DNA of 51,095 nucleotides from an uncultured Chitinophaga sp. (GTDB lineage Bacteria; Bacteroidota; Bacteroidia; Flavobacteriales_D; Crocinitomicaceae), in the NCBI GenBank assembly GCA_964532475.1, contig CAZHLZ010000001.1, forward strand, positions 14,891-65,985, given 5' to 3'. Every line of letters begins with the position of its first letter. Within the stretch, counting starts at the first letter, position 1. Below are positions 9,755 to 18,279 of this stretch, piece after piece. Under the pieces are notes generated by a model. It saw nothing but the letters and a program-made list of their open reading frames with translations, was not told where the DNA came from and ran no database searches. Position numbers and translations under genes: made by a program.

Positions 9755-10746
9755 CCAGGACAAGATTTGTCAGGGCATGTACCCCAAATATTTGATCTCC
9801 CACACTCACTACATGATCCATTTTTCGCACAAGTCCCTCTAGAGCTAACCCCTTGTGTAGGCGCATCAACAACTTTCGTGCCTCTAGTGCATTTGCATCT
9901 TTGCCATGGCAATGCAGGATAAATATCGGAAAAATTAGAATTCGAAATACTAAGGAACCAAATTTGATTTTTTTTTTCAATTCCTTGATTTATGTTCTCG
10001 GAATTAAAATTTCCACTTGAAATGAATTTAATTCCTTCAATATTTTGTTTATTTATATTATTATTAATTGTTGAAGAAATAATTGGGGTAAATTCAAAAT
10101 TCACTTCTTCACTAAATGGAATAAAAATAAAAACATCATATAATGAACCAGCGACTTCCATGCTATTAAAATTATTTTTCAATACATCAACATCTGTAAA
10201 CGATCCTCCGTTTTTAAGAAGTGATCCTACCATAAGATCCAACAAATTTATATCATACTCCTCCAACTTAGTTTTTAACTTATTCAAATATACTTTTTCA
10301 TTATTGTCTTGGACCTGAATTAACTCTTTTACAATATCTCTAATTATTTGATGATTAGTCAATTCTAAAATTGACATTTTAAGAACTTTTAACCTCTCGT
10401 TAACTAAACTTTCATCTTCAACATTAAAAATTAAATCTTCTATTATTTCTGGATCTTCACAATACTTGTTGGCATAAACTTGTTCACTCAAATTTGTTTT
10501 TACTACCTCAGCTAATTGATCATTGTCATTTATCTTTATTAATACAGATTCATTAGTTGAAAATAAATTTTTTGCGTGAGGACTTGTTTTTCTTTCGCAT
10601 AAAGTTATTTCATCAAAAACGATAGATATTTCAAAGGTCCCTAAATCATAAGTTCCAATAATTTTTCCTTGGTGGATTTCCTCATTTTGAGCGTTTAATT
10701 GAAAAGCGACAAGAAATAGAATTGAATTTAAAATTACTTTTTTCAT
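9748..10746 (-). CDS. Secreted hypothetical protein (332 aa) with a C-terminal 8-Cys module
   Basis: Signal peptide MKKVILNSILFLVAFQLNAQ starts at the ATG at 10746. The last 49 aa read C-x-C-x19-C-x5-C-x2-C-x8-C-x4-C-x2-C and then stop. Confidence 0.7.
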   Translation of the reverse strand: MKKVILNSILFLVAFQLNAQNEEIHQGKIIGTYDLGTFEISIVFDEITLCERKTSPHAKNLFSTNESVLIKINDNDQLAEVVKTNLSEQVYANKYCEDPEIIEDLIFNVEDESLVNERLKVLKMSILELTNHQIIRDIVKELIQVQDNNEKVYLNKLKTKLEEYDINLLDLMVGSLLKNGGSFTDVDVLKNNFNSMEVAGSLYDVFIFIPFSEEVNFEFTPIISSTINNNINKQNIEGIKFISSGNFNSENINQGIEKKNQIWFLSISNSNFSDIYPALPWQRCKCTRGTKVVDAPTQGVSSRGTCAKNGSCSECGRSNIWGTCPDKSCPGC

Positions 10747-10768
10747 AAAATATTTATTAAAGATTAAG

Positions 10769-10794
10769 CAACAAAACAAAACAAAACAAAACAA
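10769..10794. repeat. Pentanucleotide microsatellite (CAAAA)x4 plus partial units
   Basis: Perfect CAAAA x4 at 10772-10791 with partial units on both sides, 23-48 nt upstream of the ATG at 10746. Confidence 0.9.
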
Positions 10795-10890
10795 TTAACA
10801 TTTCCAAATAAAATAAAAAATATTTTACTCTTATTTAAAAAAGAAGTTATACTATTTTTAAAAATCATAAAACATCTTTTTACTAAAATT

Positions 10891-11055
10891 GCACAAACAC
10901 GTGAAGAAGCAATTTTAAAAATGAAACGTGCTTTGGATGAATACATCATTGAAGGTGTAAAAACAACCATTCCTTTTCACCAAAAATTGATGAATAATGC
11001 AGATTTTAATGCAGGAAATTTCACCACAAAATTCATGGAGACATTCGAATTTTAA
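10891..11055 (+). pseudogene. accC: Orphan 3' fragment of accC (last 54 codons plus stop)
   Basis: Translates to [18 protein letters not shown]...TKFMETFEF*, identical to the accC C-terminus. There is no upstream accC body or start codon. Confidence 0.9.
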
Positions 11056-11079
11056 GTGTTAAACAAATTATATCTGAAA

Positions 11080-11111
11080 GCCACAAATTCTAAAGAGTTT
11101 GTGGCTTTTTT
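11080..11111 (+). terminator. Duplicated copy of the accC terminator hairpin
   Basis: Same GCCACAAA...TTTGTGGC hairpin followed by a T-run. Confidence 0.6.
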
Positions 11112-11812
11112 AGTTTTTGTTCCACAAGTTTTAAACGTTTTCCTCCAAAAAACACATAAAATCGAATTTTTGGAATCTCATTCTTATTACTTTGCTCAAT
11201 TTTATACGAATAAGAAATAGTAGAAAAACTTGAAAATTTATTGTCACGAATAAAATCAATTTTAAGTAATTCCTTTTTTATCAATTCACTAAATTCAATT
11301 TCATTGTACAGAGGAACTGGAAATTCTTGCTGATTTTTTCTAAAAAATAAATGTATTGAGCTTCTTGAATCTTTTTCATTAAAGTAACATTTCCCTTTGA
11401 ATTTACTAATCGGTAACTGCATAGAATAAGCATTGATAAGGCCGAAATTTGTGTTAAAATATGGCAAAGCACGCTCAAAAAATCTTTTAATTTTCCAAAA
11501 TTTTTTCCAACTAAATTTTTTATTATAAAAATAGGTCTCTGTAATTAGAGCAAAATCATTTAGAATTTTACTTGAATACAAAGTATCTTTCTTTTTTTTT
11601 GCACTCACTAAAGAATTAAAAAATACATTTTCCAATTGAACATCAAAATTTGATTTGATATTTATTTCATTTGAATCAAGCGTACTTGCTTTAATTTCTG
11701 AATAAAAATCTTGACGATTGACGATATCTGCCAACCTTTTTATGCAAAATTTTCTTTGTCCAATCGAATGAAAGGATAACAATATACTGATTAATATGGA
11801 TAAAATTTTCAT
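11090..11812 (-). CDS. Secreted hypothetical protein (240 aa)
   Basis: Signal peptide MKILSILISILLSFHSIGQ. There is a 1-nt TAATG overlap with the upstream LRR gene. Its stop codon lies in the loop of the duplicated terminator. Confidence 0.6.
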   Translation of the reverse strand: MKILSILISILLSFHSIGQRKFCIKRLADIVNRQDFYSEIKASTLDSNEINIKSNFDVQLENVFFNSLVSAKKKKDTLYSSKILNDFALITETYFYNKKFSWKKFWKIKRFFERALPYFNTNFGLINAYSMQLPISKFKGKCYFNEKDSRSSIHLFFRKNQQEFPVPLYNEIEFSELIKKELLKIDFIRDNKFSSFSTISYSYKIEQSNKNEIPKIRFYVFFGGKRLKLVEQKLKKPQTL

Positions 11813-14337
11813 TAGTCCAAAATACTTTTCCTAATTTCTTCCTCAGTCAAACCTACTGTTGAAAATCGTTTCACATTTGGAACAGATTGTCCATTTTTTA
11901 ATTTTGTCCAAGATTTCACCACAGCAATTTCGAGGGAATTTAAAACATAAAAAAAGATTATTTTCTTAAACAAATATTGTGGGACACGTGAAGATTCAGA
12001 TTCTAAATAAGTGTTGTCAGATCTAATGATTAATCTGGTTGTGCTTGGAACAAAAATTTTTACATTATTTTGATCTCGCATTGAGTCAGCAGTAGCAATA
12101 TAATTTGCTGGAGGATTTCTATAAAAATAATCGCAATTTACCAAGCCGAATTTTTGAAGTCCAAATTTTGTTCGTTCATTTGATAATCGCAAAGAAGGAT
12201 TTAAAAGCTCATTTGCTCGTAAAATTCGATTTAAATCTGCGAATTTCTTTCTATTTTTTTCAAAATGAAGTTTTGCTTTATCAATTTCTGCTTGATTTTT
12301 TTCTTCATATCTTAAATACTTTCTGTAAAAATCATAATTTTCTTTTTGGTAATTTTTGAGGCTTTTCTTTGATTCAATTATTAATGGAACATCGAATTTT
12401 TTTCCTTTATAACTAAACTGAAACATAAACTTATCCTTTTCAAAGTCTGCACTCACTTTAACATCTGAATAATTTCGAGGAGTAAAATCATATAATTTTT
12501 TATTTGTAAAAATTTTAACATTAGCTGTGTCAGAAGCAATCAATTTTATTAATTCATTGTGTTCAGGATAAATTAGGCTGTCAATTATGAGATAGGAATT
12601 TTCTAAAAATTTCAGTCCCTTATCCTCCGTGTAGAAAGTGGTACTTTTGTTATTATAAAATAATTTTTTTTGATTTACATAAAATTCATGCTTGTGATGC
12701 TTTAATGTCAAATAATATTTTCTAGTTTCTTTGAACTTGTGCTTATTTCCTTTTTGATTCAAGTATTGAAGTTTCATTGGGACATGAACAAGATGCATTT
12801 GCGCAAAAAGTGAATCTGGAAGGGCATTTAGTGAATCCATAATTGAATTTTGCGAGCTCGAATTTTGGAGTGTGTTGACATTTTTTTGTAAGCGCTCCCA
12901 ATTTTTCAGTGAATCGTTGTAGGAAAATAAATCTGCTTGTGTGTTTTGTTGAGTATTCTCCATTTCAACTTGGATAATATTTTGTGGATTTGGATTTAAT
13001 TTGTTCCCTTTATCATCGTAAGCATTAAATTCAAACATTCCACTGGAAGAAAATAATTCTGGTGTCCCACTTTCATTCATAATCATTGGAACTCCCGCCA
13101 AAGCTATGCTGATTGGATCAAAATACTCCTTGATTTCAATTTTTACAGTGCCAGAATAAGGCTTCAAGTTTTGGTCTAAAAATGCATTTTTTGGAATATC
13201 AAAAATAGTGTTCTCACTCTGAATTTTACATGGAGTATCAGCTTGAATTTCATGTTTTTCAATCTTCACATCCACAACTTTTTCGACTTGATTTCTAAGC
13301 ATATTTTCACTGAGGGAGAACATTGGGTTTTGCAAATTAGTTTGCTGAATTAAAACGGAATCAAGGTTTGTTGAATTAATAATCTGCACCTTATTTCGTT
13401 TAATTAAATCTTCTTCATTCTCTATAATCGCATCGATGAAAATTAGCTCTTTTTTTGAACTCAAATCTTTTAAATCGCCTTCCAATTTGCTATTTTTAAA
13501 ACTTATTTTGGTAATTTGTTTGAGTTCATTTAAATCATTATACAAATTTTTCGCCTCTATAAAATCACAGTTGTCAAAACTAATCTCCTGAAGATTTTTT
13601 ATATTTGAAAAATTGGGATTTATGTAATTTATGGATGAATTTTTTATCTTTATTTTCCGGATGGAAAGATTATTCATCGCACCGATTGGAAGCTTGTTTT
13701 CATTTTGACTAAAGCTTAATTCTTGCAAATTTTCTTTATTTTGAAGCGAAATAAAAACATTTTCTAGGCTTAATTTTGGATTGTTTTCAAGCTGCAAATA
13801 TTCCAGATCCCACAATTGATTGAGGTAGAAGTTGTCTTCTTTAAGATTGTTAAATGAAAGATTTAGGTATTTCAATTTAACGAGATAATCAAAACTAGGT
13901 GGTAAAAAAGTAATGTTATTGTTACTTAAATCAAGTGTTTCTAAATTCTTTAGTGAACCAAAATTTTCTGGTACAAAGAATAAATTATTTTTCGCTAAAT
14001 TTAGACTTTCGATCCCACTTGAAAAGAAACTTGAAGGAAATTCAAAAAAATTGAGATTTGGATTATCACTTAAGTCAAGACGTTTTAAATGAGTTAATTT
14101 ACTCAAGTCAATTTGAAAATCCTCCAATAAATTATAAGATAAATCTAATTCTTCCAACTCCGTAAAAAGTTCGATTTCCTTTGGGACGAGCTTCAATTTT
14201 TCATGCGATAAATCCAAACTTTTCACACCTGAAGGAGCAATTAATGCTTCCTTTAAATTATCACAATCAATGCATTGCGATAAAATCTCATTTTGAAAGC
14301 TTACAAAAATTAGAATAAAAATCAAGAAATTTTTCAT
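11812..14337 (-). CDS. Secreted leucine-rich-repeat protein (841 aa)
   Basis: Signal peptide, then about 12-13 LRRs (LxxLxLSxNxL, e.g. LEELDLSYNLL, LKRLDLSDNPNL, LETLDLSNNNITFLP). The C-terminal ~500 aa have no recognisable motif. Confidence 0.75.
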   Translation of the reverse strand: MKNFLIFILIFVSFQNEILSQCIDCDNLKEALIAPSGVKSLDLSHEKLKLVPKEIELFTELEELDLSYNLLEDFQIDLSKLTHLKRLDLSDNPNLNFFEFPSSFFSSGIESLNLAKNNLFFVPENFGSLKNLETLDLSNNNITFLPPSFDYLVKLKYLNLSFNNLKEDNFYLNQLWDLEYLQLENNPKLSLENVFISLQNKENLQELSFSQNENKLPIGAMNNLSIRKIKIKNSSINYINPNFSNIKNLQEISFDNCDFIEAKNLYNDLNELKQITKISFKNSKLEGDLKDLSSKKELIFIDAIIENEEDLIKRNKVQIINSTNLDSVLIQQTNLQNPMFSLSENMLRNQVEKVVDVKIEKHEIQADTPCKIQSENTIFDIPKNAFLDQNLKPYSGTVKIEIKEYFDPISIALAGVPMIMNESGTPELFSSSGMFEFNAYDDKGNKLNPNPQNIIQVEMENTQQNTQADLFSYNDSLKNWERLQKNVNTLQNSSSQNSIMDSLNALPDSLFAQMHLVHVPMKLQYLNQKGNKHKFKETRKYYLTLKHHKHEFYVNQKKLFYNNKSTTFYTEDKGLKFLENSYLIIDSLIYPEHNELIKLIASDTANVKIFTNKKLYDFTPRNYSDVKVSADFEKDKFMFQFSYKGKKFDVPLIIESKKSLKNYQKENYDFYRKYLRYEEKNQAEIDKAKLHFEKNRKKFADLNRILRANELLNPSLRLSNERTKFGLQKFGLVNCDYFYRNPPANYIATADSMRDQNNVKIFVPSTTRLIIRSDNTYLESESSRVPQYLFKKIIFFYVLNSLEIAVVKSWTKLKNGQSVPNVKRFSTVGLTEEEIRKSILD

Positions 14338-14415
14338 GAGTAGTAAATTTAGTAATTCCTACTTCAAAAACTTCAAAAAAATATAAATATTGTGATTCGA
14401 TATAATTATTGAAGT

Positions 14416-15453
14416 CTATTTTGAAAACTGCTCGTCACGTATTTTATAGATACGTTCTATAATTTCCACAACTTTTAGTCCTTCCAAAGCATTCGTTGTT
14501 GCCGTTGTATTTCCTTTTAAAGTTTGAATCACGTTAGAAATTACATAATTATGATTTGCAGCAGAACCTTTATAGGCTCCGTAATCATTTCCAGGATTTG
14601 TAGGAGCTAATTCTGGCATTTCGTAGCCCGGAATATTGCAAACTTCTACTTCATTCATATATTGACCACCAATTTTGACGCTACCTTTGCTTCCAATGAT
14701 GGTAATTGAACTTTCAAGATTTTTATCTTGTACTGCTGTAGAATAATTGATGCAGCCCATTCCACCATTCACGAAGTCAAAACTCACAAAACCCGAATCT
14801 TCAAAATCGGTTAAGTCTTTGTGTGTAAAATCAGCAAATTTCCCTTGAATATTTTTAATATCACCAAAAAGCCAATACATGATATCAATGAAATGTGAGA
14901 ATTGTGTAAACAAGGTTCCACCATCTAAATCTTGTTTACCCTTCCAACTTCCATTTTTATAGTAACGATCATCACGGTTCCAATAACAATTTAATTGTAC
15001 CATAAAAGTTTCACCTAAAACACCATTTTCAACAATGGATTTTATCCATTCTGATGGCGGAGAATAACGATTTTGCATGACACAAAAAACTTGTTTTGAC
15101 ATTTGTAAAGATTTAAAAATCACTTTCTCACAACTGTCTTTACTTAGACCCATAGGTTTTTCACAAACGACGTGTTTTTTATGTTCTAAAGCTAAAATTG
15201 CTTGATCAGCATGCAATCCGTTAGGTGTACAAACATTAACAACATCAAATTCAATTCCTGAATTTAATAAATCATCCATTGAAGAAAAGAATGGAACATC
15301 AAAATTATCAGCACCGCATTCTTCTTTTGAACGCACATCAACTAAAGCAACTAATTCTGCCTCATTTTCACGTTTGATCATTTCTGCATGTCGTTTTCCG
15401 ATATGTCCTGCTCCAACAACAGCAAATTTAATTTTATCTGAATTAATTTTCAT
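14416..15453 (-). CDS. Gfo/Idh/MocA family oxidoreductase (WbpB-like)
   Basis: N-terminal Rossmann motif FAVVGAGHIGKRH, EKPM motif and fitting length. ATGA overlap with the upstream gene. Confidence 0.8.
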   Translation of the reverse strand: MKINSDKIKFAVVGAGHIGKRHAEMIKRENEAELVALVDVRSKEECGADNFDVPFFSSMDDLLNSGIEFDVVNVCTPNGLHADQAILALEHKKHVVCEKPMGLSKDSCEKVIFKSLQMSKQVFCVMQNRYSPPSEWIKSIVENGVLGETFMVQLNCYWNRDDRYYKNGSWKGKQDLDGGTLFTQFSHFIDIMYWLFGDIKNIQGKFADFTHKDLTDFEDSGFVSFDFVNGGMGCINYSTAVQDKNLESSITIIGSKGSVKIGGQYMNEVEVCNIPGYEMPELAPTNPGNDYGAYKGSAANHNYVISNVIQTLKGNTTATTNALEGLKVVEIIERIYKIRDEQFSK

Positions 15454-16022
15454 GAAATTTTTTGTACTAAATTATTTATTAATTGGTATTTCTCTCCAGA
15501 ATCCTTACAAGTTGCCATTCCTTCGGAATCAAATTCTAATCTGCTACCGAATTCACTCATCCACCCCATTTGTCTTGCTGGATTACCAACCATCAGCGCA
15601 TAAGCTGGAACATGTTTTGTAACGACCGCTCCCGCGCCTATGAAAGCAAATTCACCAATGTCATGTCCACACACAATAGTTGCATTTGCGCCAATACTAA
15701 CTCCTCTTTTTACAATTGTTTTAGCGTATTCATTCTTTCGATTAACCGCACTTCTTGGATTAATAACATTCGTAAAAACCATAGATGGACCCAAAAAAAC
15801 ATCGTCCTCGCAAATTACACCTGTATATATGGAAACATTGTTTTGAACTTTAACATTTTTCCCTAAAACTACCTCTGGTGAAATGACAACATTTTGTCCA
15901 ATATTACAATTTTCTCCTAAAGTACAATTTGCCATAATATGTGAAAAGTGCCAAATTTTTGTACCTCTTCCAATGGCACAGCCTTCATCGATGTAGGCTG
16001 ATTCGTGTGCGAAATATTCCAT
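15450..16022 (-). CDS. Left-handed beta-helix (hexapeptide) N-acetyltransferase, WbpD-like
   Basis: Hexapeptide repeats throughout (IGRGTKI, LGENCNIGQNVVI, IGANATIVCG). Confidence 0.75.
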   Translation of the reverse strand: MEYFAHESAYIDEGCAIGRGTKIWHFSHIMANCTLGENCNIGQNVVISPEVVLGKNVKVQNNVSIYTGVICEDDVFLGPSMVFTNVINPRSAVNRKNEYAKTIVKRGVSIGANATIVCGHDIGEFAFIGAGAVVTKHVPAYALMVGNPARQMGWMSEFGSRLEFDSEGMATCKDSGEKYQLINNLVQKIS

Positions 16023-17008
16023 TATTTAATTGTAAATTTATCAAAATCGTTATGCTCCTTTTTATTTAACTCTTCTGGGCTTAAACGCTTGAAGTATTCA
16101 TAGGTGATTTTTAATCCTTCCTCCCGAGAAACCTTTGGTTCCCAATTTAGAATTTGTTTCGCTTTTGTAATATCTGGCTGACGTTGTTTAGGATCATCAA
16201 CAGGCAAATCGTGGTATACTACCTTTTGATTTGTCCCCGTTAATGCTATAATTTCTTCAGCAAACTGACTAATAGTTATTTCATCTGGATTACCAATGTT
16301 TACAGGTGATGCATAATCACTCATTAATAATCTAAAAATACCTTCTACTAAATCATCTACATAGCAAAAAGAACGTGTTTGCGAACCATCCCCAAAAATG
16401 GTTATATCTTCACCACGCAAAGCTTGACCTATAAATGCAGGCAAAACACGTCCATCATTCAGTCTCATTCTTGGACCGTAAGTATTGAATATACGAACAA
16501 TTCTTGTTTCTAAGCCATGAAATGTATGGTAAGCCATTGTCATAGCCTCTTGAAAACGTTTGGCTTCATCGTAAACACCACGTGGTCCAACTGGATTGAC
16601 ATTTCCCCAATATTCTTCTGTTTGCGGATGAACAGTTGGGTCTCCATAAACTTCTGATGTTGAAGCTATTAAAACACGAGCGTTTTTTGCTTTTGCAAGG
16701 CCTAAACAATTGTGAATTCCTAATGAACCTACTTTTAAAGTTTGTATCGGAATTTTTAAGTAATCAATTGGACTTGCAGGAGAAGCAAAATGAAGAATAT
16801 AATCTAAATTTCCTGGTACATGAATAAATTTCGACACATCGTGGTTATAAAATTCAAAATTTTCAAGCGGAAATAAGTGTTCAATATTACTTAATCTTCC
16901 TGTAATCAAATTGTCCATTCCGATTACATGATAGCCTTCCTTAACAAAGCGATCACACAAATGCGAGCCCAAAAATCCAGCGGCACCAGTAATTAATATT
17001 CTTTTCAT
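16022..17008 (-). CDS. UDP-glucuronate decarboxylase / UXS-type SDR
   Basis: [13 protein letters not shown] Rossmann motif, YDEAKR catalytic YxxxK and UXS-like overall pattern. Confidence 0.8.
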   Translation of the reverse strand: MKRILITGAAGFLGSHLCDRFVKEGYHVIGMDNLITGRLSNIEHLFPLENFEFYNHDVSKFIHVPGNLDYILHFASPASPIDYLKIPIQTLKVGSLGIHNCLGLAKAKNARVLIASTSEVYGDPTVHPQTEEYWGNVNPVGPRGVYDEAKRFQEAMTMAYHTFHGLETRIVRIFNTYGPRMRLNDGRVLPAFIGQALRGEDITIFGDGSQTRSFCYVDDLVEGIFRLLMSDYASPVNIGNPDEITISQFAEEIIALTGTNQKVVYHDLPVDDPKQRQPDITKAKQILNWEPKVSREEGLKITYEYFKRLSPEELNKKEHNDFDKFTIK

Positions 17009-18135
17009 TTTTTTATAAATTCTTGAATGGCACTACAAATATATTTCAATTGTTCTTCTTCTAATTCTGTGTGAATAGGCAATGAAAGCACTCTTTCTGT
17101 CAACCAATCTGTTACAGGTAATTCTTGATTTTCGCAATTAAAAGCGGCAAACATTTTCTGTTTGTGTGCAGGAATTGGATAATAAATCATCGATGGAATA
17201 TTTTTTGTTGCTAAAAATTCCGACAATTTATCCCGATCAATTCCTTCCAATTGCAACGTGTATTGATGAAATACATGACGAGAATTTTCTGCTCTGAAAG
17301 GAACTGTGATTCCATCAATTTTTGATAAAAAATTATCGTAATGATCTGCAGCCTTTCTTCTTGCATCACAATATTCATCCAAGAACCTTAGTTTTATTCG
17401 CAAAACTGCTGCTTGAATTGAATCTAATCGAGAATTACAACCAACCATTTCATGATGATATCGGATGGTTTGACCATGATTTGCAATCTGTTTCATTGCA
17501 ATGGCTAATTTCTCGTCATTGGTACAAATTGCTCCTCCATCACCATAACATCCCAAATTTTTGGAAGGAAAAAATGAGGTACAACCAATGGTTCCAATGG
17601 TTCCAGTTTTGGATTTTGAACCATCCTTATGAGTGTAATCGCAGCCAATCGCTTGGGCATTATCTTCAATGACAAATAAATTATTTTTATTAGCAATCTC
17701 CATAATTGCATCCATATCAGCAGCTTGTCCATACAAATGAACTGGAACAATTGCTTTTGTATTTGGTGTTATTGCAGCTTCAATTTTTGTGACATCAATG
17801 CAAAATGTCTTTGGTTCTACATCCACAAAAACTGGAGTTAATCCTAAAAGAGCCATAACTTCAGTAGTAGCAATGTAGGTGTAGGATGGTGTTATTATCT
17901 CATCACCAGGCTTTAATCCCAAAGCCATCATCGCAATTTGCAAAGCATCAGTTCCGTTGGCACAAGGAATTACATGTTTTACATCCAAATAGTGTTCTAA
18001 CTCTTTTTGAAAAGAACTAACTTCTGGACCATTAATAAAAGTTGCATTTTCAATTACATTCATAATTGCTGCATCCACTTCAGCCTTAATTTTTTTATAT
18101 TGCGACTTTAAGTCGACCATTTGTATTTCTTTCAT
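17005..18135 (-). CDS. DegT/DnrJ/EryC1/StrS family sugar aminotransferase (WbpE/ArnB-like)
   Basis: Family pattern with the PLP lysine region SFFPSKNLG. Confidence 0.85.
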   Translation of the reverse strand: MKEIQMVDLKSQYKKIKAEVDAAIMNVIENATFINGPEVSSFQKELEHYLDVKHVIPCANGTDALQIAMMALGLKPGDEIITPSYTYIATTEVMALLGLTPVFVDVEPKTFCIDVTKIEAAITPNTKAIVPVHLYGQAADMDAIMEIANKNNLFVIEDNAQAIGCDYTHKDGSKSKTGTIGTIGCTSFFPSKNLGCYGDGGAICTNDEKLAIAMKQIANHGQTIRYHHEMVGCNSRLDSIQAAVLRIKLRFLDEYCDARRKAADHYDNFLSKIDGITVPFRAENSRHVFHQYTLQLEGIDRDKLSEFLATKNIPSMIYYPIPAHKQKMFAAFNCENQELPVTDWLTERVLSLPIHTELEEEQLKYICSAIQEFIKK

Positions 18136-18279
18136 TTAAAAGAGTTATTTCTATTGCAATCTACAAATTTAGTGAAAAAATTCATTTTCAATCAAATTGT
18201 CATTTATATATTGAATTCTATTTATTGAAAACAAAAAATCCCAGCTAGTTGCCAGGATTTTCATTTTATAAAAATACTA

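Larger units (their letters stand above)
10889..11135 (+). repeat. Direct repeat copy B (orphan accC 3' end plus terminator)
   Basis: See copy A. The offset is 2670 nt in the coding part and 2672 nt at the hairpin. Confidence 0.95.

Noticed and set aside
8464-10888. Integrase, transposase or terminal inverted repeats that would make the cassette a conventional mobile element
   Set aside because: All six frames were inspected through the ORF track and only the two cassette genes have credible ORFs. No IS-like ends were seen. The short AAAATCAT..TTTTACTA similarity at the inner edges is too AT-rich to count.
9708-10970. ORFs 9708-9980 (-), 9992-10318 (+) and 10764-10970 (-)
   Set aside because: These are out-of-frame or antisense shadows of the cassette gene and of the orphan accC fragment. 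They have low-complexity translations, no signal peptide and no motifs.
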